A DNA stretch of 64,000 bases from contig URXV01000008.1 of NCBI GenBank assembly GCA_900551865.1, forward strand, positions 1,415 to 65,414, given 5' to 3'. This DNA is from an uncultured Rickettsiales bacterium. Its GTDB lineage: Bacteria > Pseudomonadota > Alphaproteobacteria > RF32 > CAG-239. Below the pieces are notes generated by a model that was not told the DNA's origin, searched no databases, and saw only the letters and a program-made list of their open reading frames with translations. The position numbers and the translations under genes were made by a program. Within the stretch, counting starts at the first letter, position 1, and the number at the start of each line of letters is the position of its first letter. This document shows, one piece after another, positions 1 through 9,883 of the stretch.

Positions 1-359
1 ATCAATCCGATAACACTGCCGTAAGATGAAGATGTATCTCCGGAAATGGTAACCGTTACGTCTTTATTTTCTCCTTTGATTGCCTTAATCTTGTCAATAA
101 CCGTTTCCGGTTCGATTTGGCTTTGGCCGATGTAATAATGCCCGTCTTTGTCAACACTGATATTAATAGAGGTATCTTTGCCGTTCAGCGTACCTCCGCC
201 GACTTTCGGCAGGTCAAGCGGGATTCCTGACGTCATAAGCGGCGCCGCAACCATAAATACCACTAAAAGCACCATCATAACGTCCATAAGGTTTGTCATA
301 TTGATGTCGGCGTTGCGTCGGCTGCCCCGCCTTTGGATTCTTCCGTTAATAATTGCCAT
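1..359 (-). CDS. tolR: TolR/ExbD-family biopolymer transport protein (C-terminus runs off the window edge)
   Basis: Absent from the ORF track because it has no stop in the window. Manual minus-strand translation from ATG 359-357 gives MAIINGRIQRRGSRRNADINMTNLMDVMMVLLVVFMVAAPLMTSGIPLDLPK... This shows a basic N-terminus, a single TM and the L.L.LP motif typical of ExbD/TolR. It starts 4 nt after the tolQ stop. Confidence 0.8.
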   Translation of the reverse strand, partial: MAIINGRIQRRGSRRNADINMTNLMDVMMVLLVVFMVAAPLMTSGIPLDLPKVGGGTLNGKDTSINISVDKDGHYYIGQSQIEPETVIDKIKAIKGENKDVTVTISGDTSSSYGSVIGL

Positions 360-363
360 ATCT

Positions 364-1128
364 TTATTCTCCGGCCATTTCTGCTTTAATAGTCGTATCG
401 TCAATTTCCCGCGATAAAATGCTTGAAAATTCTGCCATAAAGTTTTCGAGCTTTTTGGCATAGCGGTCAATATCCGTGGTAATCATATTATAGGCAATAT
501 AAGCGGGAATTGCGGCAATCAAACCAAATGCGGTGGTAAACAGGGCTTCGGCAATACCCGGAGCAATAGAGGTCAGAGAGTTGCTTTGGGTAACTGCAAT
601 AGCATTAAAACATGAGATAATGCCCCAAACTGTTCCAAACAGCCCGACCAGCGGCGCCACCGAACCGGTAGAAGCCAAAAAGCCCAGATGATTGTCCATC
701 TCGTCAAGCTCTTTGTCCATGGAAACCATCATCGCCTTTTCGATTCTCTGCTGCAAAGAAACGCCGCGCAGCCCTCTGTCTGTTTTGGATTTCATAATGT
801 TCGTACGGCGCCATTCTTTCATCGCCGCAACAAACATAGCCGACATCGGATCCTGCGGATTGCCGATGGAATCGTACAGCTTGTCCAGCGAACCGCCGGA
901 CCAAAAACGCTCTTCAAACGTCTTGGACAGGCGTTTAACTTGGCGCAGCGTATTTATTTTTTCAAAAATAATCGCCCATGACCAGACCGAAGCGGCAATC
1001 AGCCCAATCATAACCGCTTTGGTAATCAGGTCGGATGACCATACCATATCCCACATCGAAAGTTGATTTACAACCTCGGCAGCAACCTCTGTTTCCATCT
1101 TTTTCCCCATTTTTTGATAATTTTTCAA
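364..1128 (-). CDS. tolQ: TolQ/ExbB-family proton channel protein
   Basis: 254 aa with MotA/TolQ/ExbB features: TM1 (VMIGLIAASVWSWAIIFEK) and C-terminal TM2-TM3 (GSVAPLVGLFGTVWGII ... APGIAEALFTTAFGLIAAIPA). Directly upstream of tolR. Several Met codons near the N-terminus make the start ambiguous. Confidence 0.85.
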   Translation of the reverse strand: MKNYQKMGKKMETEVAAEVVNQLSMWDMVWSSDLITKAVMIGLIAASVWSWAIIFEKINTLRQVKRLSKTFEERFWSGGSLDKLYDSIGNPQDPMSAMFVAAMKEWRRTNIMKSKTDRGLRGVSLQQRIEKAMMVSMDKELDEMDNHLGFLASTGSVAPLVGLFGTVWGIISCFNAIAVTQSNSLTSIAPGIAEALFTTAFGLIAAIPAYIAYNMITTDIDRYAKKLENFMAEFSSILSREIDDTTIKAEMAGE

Positions 1129-1171
1129 ACTTCTTTGCTAAGCTTTAACATATAATTGTAAAAAATCAACT

Positions 1172-1226
1172 AATCAAAAAGAAAAAAGAGTTGTTCTTAA
1201 GATTTAACTCTTAAAAACAACTCTTT
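1172..1226 (-). terminator. Rho-independent-type terminator after the 107-aa membrane protein gene
   Basis: Inverted repeat aaagagttgtt (1185-1195) / aacaactcttt (1216-1226). On the minus strand it is followed by ttttctttttg. Confidence 0.5.
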
Positions 1227-1229
1227 CTC

Positions 1230-1553
1230 TCAAATGCATGTTACCAGCCATGATACAAACCAATAACCGGCAACAATGAATGCAGCGGCAAATACCAGAA
1301 GGACTGTCCATCCGATAAGTGCCAAAATGCCGTTTCCGAATAATTTGTGTATTCCAGTAACCCAGTAAACTAGGTATAAACTGAAAAATAGCACCTTTCT
1401 AACTGACCACCCCCAACTATGGATTGTATCCACAATAGAGGGGAAGAAATAATCGTTAGAAAAACCGATTTTGGCGTCGACATATAGTACGAGCCAAACG
1501 CTCAAAAGGGCGCAAATGCCAGCCCAAATGAACGAGAAGATACCTTCCTTCAT
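1230..1553 (-). CDS. Hypothetical small integral membrane protein
   Basis: 107 aa with three to four hydrophobic helices (IWAGICALLSVWLVLYV, VLFFSLYLVYWVTGI, ILALIGWTVLLVFAAAFIVAGYWFV). No recognisable family motif. Confidence 0.5.
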   Translation of the reverse strand: MKEGIFSFIWAGICALLSVWLVLYVDAKIGFSNDYFFPSIVDTIHSWGWSVRKVLFFSLYLVYWVTGIHKLFGNGILALIGWTVLLVFAAAFIVAGYWFVSWLVTCI

Positions 1554-1752
1554 AACATATCTATATTTAAATTATATTTTTCTAGACAAAACTATACCAC
1601 ATTTTTAGACTTTTTGCAAGCTTTTTACACCAGAGAGCCTGCTTTTTGCAGCTTTTGCCTCAAAAAAAGAAACCGTTTTCGGCTTCTTTTTATATTTTTT
1701 CGAAAATCCGGAAATTTCCTGGAAATATCTGTATTCAAACTATCGTTATTTC

Positions 1753-2430
1753 TTAATATGGATTTTTAGACGGGTCTGGAGATTCCAAATCGTTGCTCCA
1801 TTTAATGCGTTTGGCGCATTCATTGTCCGCTGCATTTTTAATCCGGCACAAATTGACCTCAATATCCGGTACGCCCGCCAAATTATAACAAATGTCTCCG
1901 GTTGTCGTAATAAACCGTTCCTGAGAACCTTTTTCGGCAACGTTCCTGAAAATAAAAGCGAAAACACGATGCGGATAGACCAATTGCAGCCCCATAGTCT
2001 TTAATTCCCGGTCAAGATTAGATTTTAACGTAACGCCGAAAGTGCAGTTAGTCCGCCCTGTCATATCCTGAAATACCTTAAAGCTCCCTTTACTGACTCC
2101 GATAAGCATATCGCCGTTTAAAGGCTTGAGAATGCCATCTGCCGATACAGACGGAGCCGTCGCGCCGGTTTGCTTTATTCTTTCGGCAGCCTTTTGAGCT
2201 GTATTCTCAAAGTTTCCCGTATTTTCAGCATCTTCTCGAATTTCCGGGTGGTCTCCGAACATTTCATTAAACAAAGCTTCGTTTTTATCGGTTTCGTCAA
2301 AGGACAGTCCGGCTGGGGCGGGAGCGGCGGCATCTGGTGCTTCCTCTGCATCCAGAACCTGCGCCTGCACCGGAAGTATAAGGCTGAAAGTTAAAAGCAA
2401 ACTGCAAATGCCAAAACTGAATTTACTCAT
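1753..2430 (-). CDS. Hypothetical secreted protein (Cys-containing; paralog of 2515-3282)
   Basis: Signal peptide MSKFSFGICSLLLTFSLILPVQAQ. Its C-terminal domain shares a block with the neighbouring gene (NCTFGVTLKSNLDRELKTMGLQLVYP versus GCNYMITLYNRTSINFRTFTVNLDWP). Confidence 0.6.
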   Translation of the reverse strand: MSKFSFGICSLLLTFSLILPVQAQVLDAEEAPDAAAPAPAGLSFDETDKNEALFNEMFGDHPEIREDAENTGNFENTAQKAAERIKQTGATAPSVSADGILKPLNGDMLIGVSKGSFKVFQDMTGRTNCTFGVTLKSNLDRELKTMGLQLVYPHRVFAFIFRNVAEKGSQERFITTTGDICYNLAGVPDIEVNLCRIKNAADNECAKRIKWSNDLESPDPSKNPY

Positions 2431-2514
2431 TTTTCATCTCTCCTTTAAAATTCGGGCAGCCTTCTGTTTCGAAAACCGCCCGTATCCTGCTGTGATATCC
2501 GATAATGGCTTTTT

Positions 2515-3282
2515 CTAATAGATGTTTGTCAGCGTCTTGTCAGATGTTCCCATATTGTCGACAATTTTGCCGATAATCATATCAATGTCCGAAAGTTCGC
2601 GGCTTTCTGCCGATTCGCTCATTGCGGCTTCTTCAGTTGCCGAAATGCGTTTAAACTCGCCGAAATATTCCGGATTCTTCGTGCTGACAAATTGGAATAA
2701 ATCCGTGCAATCGCTTTTATCCGCGCTCATTCCAAAACTGCCGATGGTTTCCGTATTGCGTGCGATATCGCACGGCGTTACCGTGTAATGCGCATCGCTT
2801 AACATCAGATAACATTTTTCATTATCCATATAAGACCGCAGGGAAATCTGTTTATCGGCACCGAAAGCGTTCACCGTTACCGATGTTTGTACTGGTTTTG
2901 AAACAGTTTCTTTGCTAAACAGCGATTTCTGCTTCTCTGCCTCTTCAACGCCCAGCAAGGACTCGACATAACGGTCAAATTTAAAACGCTCGTCGACGAC
3001 ATCCGGCCAGTCAAGGTTTACGGTAAATGTTCTGAAGTTAATAGAAGTTCTGTTGTATAGGGTAATCATATAATTGCACCCTTTGACAACGCCGTCTTCC
3101 AGAACCGGATCAATGTCATGAATCTTAAAAATGACGGCATCAGGCCTGGTAGACGGTTCGCCGGATTTTGCCGTGGTCTTCGCCGCCGGTGCCGGAGCTT
3201 TTTCTGCAGCCTGAAGCGCTGTCGGCGCCGCCATAACAGCCCCTAAAAGGAAAACAGCCAGAAACTTTATTGATTTTTTCAT
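2515..3282 (-). CDS. Hypothetical secreted protein (Cys-containing; paralog of 1753-2430)
   Basis: Signal peptide MKKSIKFLAVFLLGAVMAAPTALQAA. Shares the conserved block and several Cys with the upstream-encoded paralog. Confidence 0.6.
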   Translation of the reverse strand: MKKSIKFLAVFLLGAVMAAPTALQAAEKAPAPAAKTTAKSGEPSTRPDAVIFKIHDIDPVLEDGVVKGCNYMITLYNRTSINFRTFTVNLDWPDVVDERFKFDRYVESLLGVEEAEKQKSLFSKETVSKPVQTSVTVNAFGADKQISLRSYMDNEKCYLMLSDAHYTVTPCDIARNTETIGSFGMSADKSDCTDLFQFVSTKNPEYFGEFKRISATEEAAMSESAESRELSDIDMIIGKIVDNMGTSDKTLTNIY

Positions 3283-3391
3283 TTTAAAACCTCATAACTT
3301 CTTATGTATGACTGTATCATACGCACAGAGTGTTTAATTTTTATTAATTGCGTCGAAAAAAATAACAGCGCAAAATTTACTCGTCAGGCTG

Positions 3392-4264
3392 CTAAATATT
3401 TTCTTCGTCCATCTTTTTCTTTAAACGCAGTAAATCGGCCCAGACTTTTGATTTTTGTGAGGAACTCCGTAACAGGTAAGACGGGTGGTATGTTGCAAGA
3501 ACATGTGCTTTCTTTTTTTCATTAATCTGATATTCCAACCATTTTCCTCGTGTCCGGGAAATAGAGTCAGATACATCCATCACTGATTTTAAGGCAATTC
3601 CTCCCAGCAACAACAAATAATCCGGTTCAATCAGTTCAATTTGCCTCTTAAGAAATGGCAGGCAGACAGCGATTTCTTCATCGGTTGGCGTTCTGTTCCC
3701 CGGTGGTCTCCATGGCAAAACATTGGTGATATAGCAGTCTGGCCTGTTGACATGAATTGCAGCCAGCATTTTATCTAACAATTTTCCGCATCTGCCGACA
3801 AAGGGTCTTCCTATGCGGTCTTCATCTGCGCCGGGAGCTTCTCCGATAAGCAGCAGTTTTGCTTTAGGTGCCCCGTCGCCGAAAACGGTGGAAGCTGCCG
3901 TATTTTTCAGGTTGCAGCCGTCAAAATTCTGCACGATGTTTCGCAGTTCGTCCAGAGAAGATGCTTTGGCACAAATATCGCGTGCATTTTTTGTAGCAGC
4001 GGCATAAGGCTGCATGGTCTGAGCCGTCGGCACAAAACTGCGAGGTTCAGAGGAAGAAAAGTTCCCTCCCCGGCCGGTTGGCTGTCCGCTTGCCGGTTTG
4101 CCGGAAAGAGCTTGTGCCGGAACACTTTTAGTTGTAGCCTGAGAGAAAAACTTTTCGGTCTCACCGGTCAGGCACGGCAAATCGCCGCAGGTTTCATTGA
4201 CACCTGCCCACAAATACCAGTCGAGAGCTTCCCGTATGTTAATTTGTTTATTCATTGCTGCCAA
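3392..4264 (-). CDS. Uracil-DNA glycosylase, family 4, with N-terminal extension
   Basis: Family-4 UDG motif A (LLLIGEAPGADEDRIGRPFVGRCGKLLDKML) and motif B region (ATYHPSYLLR). About 110 aa of low-complexity N-terminal extension. Confidence 0.8.
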   Translation of the reverse strand: MAAMNKQINIREALDWYLWAGVNETCGDLPCLTGETEKFFSQATTKSVPAQALSGKPASGQPTGRGGNFSSSEPRSFVPTAQTMQPYAAATKNARDICAKASSLDELRNIVQNFDGCNLKNTAASTVFGDGAPKAKLLLIGEAPGADEDRIGRPFVGRCGKLLDKMLAAIHVNRPDCYITNVLPWRPPGNRTPTDEEIAVCLPFLKRQIELIEPDYLLLLGGIALKSVMDVSDSISRTRGKWLEYQINEKKKAHVLATYHPSYLLRSSSQKSKVWADLLRLKKKMDEENI

Positions 4265-4354
4265 TTATATATATTATACTTTTTATTGCAATATAAAGCA
4301 ATTATTTACACAAATATAATAAATTTAGTTTAAAATTAAGAGCAAATTGATAAT

Positions 4355-6175
4355 ATGAAACGGCAAACTACGGGAATTTTTAAACATATGTTAAAAGCGA
4401 GCTACATTATCACCCTGTTAAGCGGGATAGGGATATTCAATTCCTGCACCGGCAATTTTATTAATATGCCCGAATATCAGCAGGAGCAGGCATATCTTTT
4501 GCAAAAGGATACTGCATACGGCAATTATTTAGCCGGCAGAGTTGCCCATATACGGCAAGATTATGATAATGCGGCGCGTTATTATGTACGGACGATAGAA
4601 AAGGGAATGGTTAATGAAGATTTGCTCGGTAAAACATATATCATTCTGGCATCACAGGGGAAAATTGACCAAGCGGTAAAATATGCCGGAATAGCCCGCA
4701 AAAATGGGGATAAAAACAATTTTATCGACGTTATTAATGCCGTTTATGCGTTTAAGCATGGTGATTATAAGTCTTCCCGAGTTGCTTTGAACAGCATAAA
4801 TGAAAAAACATACAAAAAACTGATTGCCCCGTTGTTCAACGCATGGAGTTATGTCGGAGAAAATAATTACGAACAGGCTGTAACAGAGCTGCAGAAACTG
4901 TCAGGCATGGAAGAAATGAAAACAGTCTATAGCCTGCATAGCGGTCTGATTTCCGAATATTTCGGTAAAATGAAAGATGCGCAAAAATATTATGATATCG
5001 TCATTAATGACAAAGCGAATGATATGTCGTTCCGGGCGCTGCAGATTATTTCAAATTTTCTGGTTCGCAACGGAGAAAAAGAAAAAGCACTTAATTTGGT
5101 AGCCAAATATTATGGTTCCAGCAATATAAAGGAAATGCTTGCCAGCCTTCGGGAAAAAATAAGCCAGGGCAACGCGGCATCTCCCCGGCTGGTAAATACT
5201 CCTGACGAAGGGGCGGGGGAAGTCTTTTTGGAAATTGCCCTGTTATTCAAATCTGTGCCGGTTGGTCACGATTATGCCCAGATGTATATGGCTGTGTCAG
5301 AATATTTTAATCCCGACAATGATATCGCCAAAATAGCTATGGCGGATTTGTTTGAAGAGCGGTTGATGCTTAATGATGCCAATAAGTATTACGATTCGAT
5401 TGGTAAAAAATCAGAGATGTATTATCCGGCGCAAATGAAAAAAGCCAATAATTTGTCTGCCGAGAAAAAATACAGCGAGGCGATAAAAGTATTAAAACGG
5501 CTGCTTCGGGAAAATCCTGGTAATTTTCAGGTATTGTTTAATCTGGGCGATGTTTTGCGTGTAAGCAATAATCAGCCGGATGCTATTAAATATTACAATA
5601 AAGCCATAAATTCCATATTTTATGAGAGTGAAAAATATTGGCCGGTATACTATGCGTTGGCTGTTTCTTATGATAAAAACAATGAATGGGGCAAAGCCGA
5701 AGAAAGTCTTGAAAAAGCTCTGAAATTAAGCAACCGTCATCCGCAGGTGCTCAACTATCTTGGATACAGCTGGCTTAAATATAATATGAATACGGACAAA
5801 GCCGCGGCTATGATTTTGGAAGCTTATGAAAAAGACCCGAATGATGGTGTGATAATGGATAGTCTTGGATGGGTCTATTTTAAAACCGGAGATTATGATA
5901 ACGCCATTTTATATTTGGAAAAGGCATCTGAACTTAATCCTCAAAATGCCATTATCAGTGATCATCTCGGCGATGCATACTGGTTTGGCGGGCGTAAAAA
6001 TGAAGCAGTATTTCAGTGGAAGCAGGCTTTGTCCCAAAAAGAGGAACAAGAAGAGTTAAATGCAAAACAGGTAAAAAATAAAATAGAAAACGGATTAAAA
6101 AATATAAAAAAGCTTTCAATCCAAGATGAAAAAATCAAGAAAAACCTGCATAGTCTGAATGATATAACCGAATGA
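4355..6175 (+). CDS. TPR-repeat protein, probable lipoprotein/periplasmic
   Basis: 606 aa. N-terminal hydrophobic segment ending in a lipobox-like GIFNSC. Multiple TPR-like repeats (for example GNFQVLFNLGDVLRVSNNQPDAIKYYNKAI, PQVLNYLGYSWL, GDYDNAILYLEKASELNPQNA). Confidence 0.75.
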   Translation: MKRQTTGIFKHMLKASYIITLLSGIGIFNSCTGNFINMPEYQQEQAYLLQKDTAYGNYLAGRVAHIRQDYDNAARYYVRTIEKGMVNEDLLGKTYIILASQGKIDQAVKYAGIARKNGDKNNFIDVINAVYAFKHGDYKSSRVALNSINEKTYKKLIAPLFNAWSYVGENNYEQAVTELQKLSGMEEMKTVYSLHSGLISEYFGKMKDAQKYYDIVINDKANDMSFRALQIISNFLVRNGEKEKALNLVAKYYGSSNIKEMLASLREKISQGNAASPRLVNTPDEGAGEVFLEIALLFKSVPVGHDYAQMYMAVSEYFNPDNDIAKIAMADLFEERLMLNDANKYYDSIGKKSEMYYPAQMKKANNLSAEKKYSEAIKVLKRLLRENPGNFQVLFNLGDVLRVSNNQPDAIKYYNKAINSIFYESEKYWPVYYALAVSYDKNNEWGKAEESLEKALKLSNRHPQVLNYLGYSWLKYNMNTDKAAAMILEAYEKDPNDGVIMDSLGWVYFKTGDYDNAILYLEKASELNPQNAIISDHLGDAYWFGGRKNEAVFQWKQALSQKEEQEELNAKQVKNKIENGLKNIKKLSIQDEKIKKNLHSLNDITE

Positions 6176-6179
6176 TTCC

Positions 6180-6218
6180 AGAATTGCCGCAAATATACAA
6201 AATATTTGCGGCAATTCT
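6180..6218. terminator. Bidirectional terminator hairpin between convergent TPR gene and glmM
   Basis: Perfect 16-17 bp inverted repeat (a)gaattgccgcaaatat / atatttgcggcaattc(t) with a 5-nt loop, located between two convergent stops. Confidence 0.6.
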
Positions 6219-6289
6219 CTGATTATCATAAATAACGCTCATGTTTATAGAAGAAGAGTATTGGTTGCAAGTATAAGCGTGGGATAAAA

Positions 6290-7654
6290 TTATTTTTGAT
6301 ATTGTAAAATAAGCTGTTTTAAATGTTTTGCAAGTCTGGCAACCGTTTGTTCGTCCTTTCCTTCAATCCGGAGTTTGATAACCGGTTCGGTGCCGGATTT
6401 TCTCGCAATCAAATTGCTGTTTTCGCCCAAAACTTTCTTTGCGTCATTTAAGGCTGTTTGGACATCATCATGTTCAAGGCTTTGCTGCATAAATTCTTTG
6501 GTTGAAAACCGGATATTTTCGATTAAACAGGGATAGGGGGAGAATATCGGAAAAATTTCATTCATAGGCTTGGCTGCTTCCAAATAGGCCAAAGCCAAAA
6601 TAATGGCTACGGCCAAAGCGTCGCCGCTTTTTGCGTATTGTGAAAGAACAATATGTCCCACAGGTTCTCCGCCTAGCGAGGAAAACTTTTCTTTCATTAA
6701 ATCAATAACGTATCTTTCTCCGACCTTGCTTTGAAAATAAATAAAACCGTTTTTGCGCAAATATTCCCCCAGTCCCAGATTGGACCATTCCGTACTGACG
6801 ACAGTATTATTGTTGAGTTGTCCGTGTGCTTTAAGATATTGTGCCAAAAAACAGAGCAGCTGGTCTCCGTCAATAACTGCTCCCGTATTGTCGACAAGAA
6901 TAATCCGGTCACCATCCCCGTCAACGGCAATGCCAAAATGGGCATGGGCATCTTTAACGGTTTGAGCCAGCTGTTTTGTGTGCTGGGAACCGCAGTTTTG
7001 ATTAATATTATATCCGTCCGGTTGATTATTGATTGAGATAACGCCGGCACCCAAATCCTTGAATGTCTGGGGAAGAATATAAGAGTAAGCGCCGTTTGCA
7101 CAGTCAATAACCACCCGGAGCCCTTGCAGGGCTTTATAATTAGGCGCAATTTTGCGCATGCTTTCGATATAATCTTCAATTATTTCGTCTTTTTTTAAAA
7201 TTTTTCCGAAACGCGTCTGTTTTAATACTGGCGGTGTTTCTTCGGCTAAACGACGCTGTTCTAAGAGCTTTTCAATTTTTGCATAAAAGTCGTCGGAAAA
7301 TTTGTCGCCGCTCTGGTCGATAAGCTTTATGCCGTTGTCTTGATAAGGGTTATGTGATGCCGTAATCATTAAAGACATATCCACGCCGAGTTCCGGTGTT
7401 TTCAATGTAACCAATGGTGTAGGAACAATGCCCAGCAAAATAACGTCAATTCCGTTTGCCGTAAACCCGGCGCTTAGTGCTGCTTCAATCATATCTCCGG
7501 ATATGCGTGTATCTTTGCCAATGGCTATTTTCTTTTTATCCGTGCACACCGTTTGGCTTAATATTTCTGCCAGTTTAAATGCAAAGTCCGCCGTCATCGG
7601 ATAGAAACCGGCAACGCCTCTGACACCGTCCGTGCCGAATAATTTATTTGTCAT
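6290..7654 (-). CDS. glmM: Phosphoglucosamine mutase
   Basis: N-terminus LFGTDGVRG, active-site serine loop TASHNPYQDNGIK, Mg-binding GIAVDGDGDR, and C-terminal RKSGTEPVIKLRIEG. Confidence 0.95.
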   Translation of the reverse strand: MTNKLFGTDGVRGVAGFYPMTADFAFKLAEILSQTVCTDKKKIAIGKDTRISGDMIEAALSAGFTANGIDVILLGIVPTPLVTLKTPELGVDMSLMITASHNPYQDNGIKLIDQSGDKFSDDFYAKIEKLLEQRRLAEETPPVLKQTRFGKILKKDEIIEDYIESMRKIAPNYKALQGLRVVIDCANGAYSYILPQTFKDLGAGVISINNQPDGYNINQNCGSQHTKQLAQTVKDAHAHFGIAVDGDGDRIILVDNTGAVIDGDQLLCFLAQYLKAHGQLNNNTVVSTEWSNLGLGEYLRKNGFIYFQSKVGERYVIDLMKEKFSSLGGEPVGHIVLSQYAKSGDALAVAIILALAYLEAAKPMNEIFPIFSPYPCLIENIRFSTKEFMQQSLEHDDVQTALNDAKKVLGENSNLIARKSGTEPVIKLRIEGKDEQTVARLAKHLKQLILQYQK

Positions 7655-7755
7655 TATATTGCTCCATATTGCACCGCATTAAATTTTCCTGCCTGCTAAG
7701 CTAAAGCTATAAACGGCATAATGCAAGCATATTGTACATTGTGCTGAAAATAAAT

Positions 7756-7785
7756 TGCCGCGGCATATAAGAACCAGCCGCGGCA
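7756..7785 (-). terminator. Hairpin downstream of the OMP gene
   Basis: Arms tgccgcggc (7756-7764) / gccgcggca (7777-7785). On the minus strand it is followed by a moderately T-rich tract (aatttatttt). Confidence 0.4.
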
Positions 7786-7810
7786 GCAAAAAGCAAAATT
7801 TACAAAAAGC

Positions 7811-8425
7811 TTATAAAACGTATCTGACGCCAACGTAAACTTCTTGGTCGGTTACGCTTGTCTTTCCGTTAAATTCGTCTAAATCGCCCATGTCGTAATA
7901 GCGGTACCCAACATCAAGATTCAGTCTGTTTGTCAGCTTTGCTGATATACCGGCGCCCAGTGACCAGGTAAAACTGTCATCATCCATCTTAAATTTAACG
8001 CCTGAAACAGGATAACTCATTGTCAGCTTATGGTTAGTCCAGCCGATACCGGCATCAACAAACGGCGTAAACCAGGAATACGGAAAAAAGTCATAATAAA
8101 CGATGAACATGTATGATTGTGATCTGAATTTCCCTTTTGCATAGCTTGAGATATTCTCGCTGTTGGCTTTTCTCCACATATATTCTATTTCGGTTCTGAA
8201 ATGCTCGTGTCTGTAGCCAATTCCGCCGGAAGCAATAAATCTTTTCTTGTCAACGATATAGTGGGAAAAACCGTTTCCGACTCCGCTTCTGTCATCATCA
8301 ACTTCATACTCTGCATATCCGGCGCGCCCGGCCAGATAAAATCCGTCACATTCGGCAGCAGCTTTTCCTGCCGTGAAAATAAAGGCCAAAGCCAGAATTG
8401 CCGTAAAAATTTTATTGTTTGTCAT
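7811..8425 (-). CDS. Small outer-membrane beta-barrel protein (OmpA-like/Omp25-like barrel family)
   Basis: Signal peptide ending AAA-E. Alternating aromatic/hydrophilic beta-strand pattern throughout (GIGYRHEHFRTEIEYMW, SWSLGAGISAKL, NLDVGYRYYDMG, VYVGVRYVL). Confidence 0.7.
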   Translation of the reverse strand: MTNNKIFTAILALAFIFTAGKAAAECDGFYLAGRAGYAEYEVDDDRSGVGNGFSHYIVDKKRFIASGGIGYRHEHFRTEIEYMWRKANSENISSYAKGKFRSQSYMFIVYYDFFPYSWFTPFVDAGIGWTNHKLTMSYPVSGVKFKMDDDSFTWSLGAGISAKLTNRLNLDVGYRYYDMGDLDEFNGKTSVTDQEVYVGVRYVL

Positions 8426-8599
8426 TAAAGAAACTCCGTTTCACTAGTCCTGAATTTAATTCGTGGACAAAATAACACAAAATTTAAACAAAACAAGCAA
8501 AAAATTAACAAAAGGTAAATTTTTTTTATAAAAGCATATTTTTTTCTATTTTTCCCTCAAAAGCGTTGATTTTATAATAATATGTGTTAAACCTTAGAA

Positions 8600-8993
8600 C
8601 CAAGGTGGTTGGATAGCTGCGCCGGGATTTTTCCGGTGAGGAAAGTCCGAGCGTCATGGAAACGGGGCACCGGATAACGTCCGGCTGGAGAAATCCAAGG
8701 GAAAGTGCCACAGAAAATTACCGCCAAAATTATTTTGGTAAGGTTGAAAAGGCGAGGTAAGAGCTCACCGCAAAGATAGTAATATCCTTTGGCAAGGCAA
8801 ACCCTGCCCGACGCAAGACCAAATTAGGAGGGCGGCTTTAAGCCGTTGCATGGGGCGTTTCCACCCTGCTCCAGAGGTAGGTCGCTCGAACCGGATGGCG
8901 ACATTCGGTCCAGATGAATAGCTATCGCTTTGAATCTTTGCCTTCGGGTAAAGCAAATGACAAGTACAGAACTCGGCTTACAGACCACCTTTG
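8600..8993 (+). ncRNA. rnpB: RNase P RNA, bacterial type A
   Basis: Conserved blocks on the plus strand: GAGGAAAGTCCGAGC (8638-8652), GGTAAGGTTGAAAAGGCGAGGTAAGAGCTCACCG (about 8737-8771), and ACAGAACTCGGCTTACAG (about 8966-8983). P1 pairing is aaggtggtt (8602-8610) with agaccacctt (8982-8991). Ends are approximate to about 5 nt. Confidence 0.9.
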
Positions 8994-9013
8994 ATTTTTT
9001 ATGGGAGAGAATA

Positions 9014-9868
9014 ATGCAGTATCAGCACACGTTAAAAAATGCTATTGAAATAAAGGGGATAGGACTGCATTCCGGTTGCGACGCCGTAATGGCGATAGAG
9101 CCTGCGCCGGAAAATCACGGTATTCGGTTTCAACGGACTGATATTGCGGGGGCTGAAACGATTCCCGCGTTGTATTCCAACGTTGTTGATACGAGGAATT
9201 GCACCTGCCTGGGAACGTCTCCGCAGAATATCGTCAGCACGATAGAGCACATTATGTCGGTTTTTTATGTTCTCGGCATAGATAACGCGCTGGTTAAAGT
9301 TAATAATCCCGAAGTTCCGATTCTTGATGGCAGCGGGCGTGAATTTCTGCGTATTTTGCAATTGGCGGAACTGGTTGCCCAAAATGCCCCGCGCCGTATT
9401 TTGAAAGTTTCCCGCGAGGTCAGGTTTGAAGATGGCAAAGGCGCAAGCATAACGCTGCTGCCGGCAGAAACGTTGCACATTTGTTTTGATATAGAATTTC
9501 CGTCCAAAATCGTCGGGCATCAGAATTTTGATAAAGACATAACAGAGGAAGTCTTTGCCGCGGAAATTGCGCCGTGCCGGACTTTCTGCGAAAAATATCA
9601 GGTGGACTATCTGCAGTCAATCGGGCTGATAAAAGGCGGTTCGCTGGACAATGCGGTGGTTTTGGACGGCGAAACGATATTGAATCCCGGAGGTTTCCGC
9701 GTGCCGAATGAATGTGTAAACCACAAAGTAATGGATACCATTGGTGATTTATATACTTCGGGGTATTATATATTGGCAAAAGTTGTTGCCAACAAAAGCG
9801 GACACTATCATAATAACGAAATCCTGAAAAAGCTTTTTGCTTCTGCGGATAATTATGAAATACTGTAA
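9014..9868 (+). CDS. lpxC: UDP-3-O-acyl-N-acetylglucosamine deacetylase
   Basis: MQYQHTLKNAIEIKGIGLHSG is a canonical LpxC N-terminus. Also present are TIEHIMSV, PILDGSG and HKVMDTIGDL motifs. The track ORF start at 8930 lies inside rnpB, so I moved the start to ATG 9014. Confidence 0.95.
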   Translation: MQYQHTLKNAIEIKGIGLHSGCDAVMAIEPAPENHGIRFQRTDIAGAETIPALYSNVVDTRNCTCLGTSPQNIVSTIEHIMSVFYVLGIDNALVKVNNPEVPILDGSGREFLRILQLAELVAQNAPRRILKVSREVRFEDGKGASITLLPAETLHICFDIEFPSKIVGHQNFDKDITEEVFAAEIAPCRTFCEKYQVDYLQSIGLIKGGSLDNAVVLDGETILNPGGFRVPNECVNHKVMDTIGDLYTSGYYILAKVVANKSGHYHNNEILKKLFASADNYEIL

Positions 9869-9883
9869 GAGAGGGAAAAGAGG

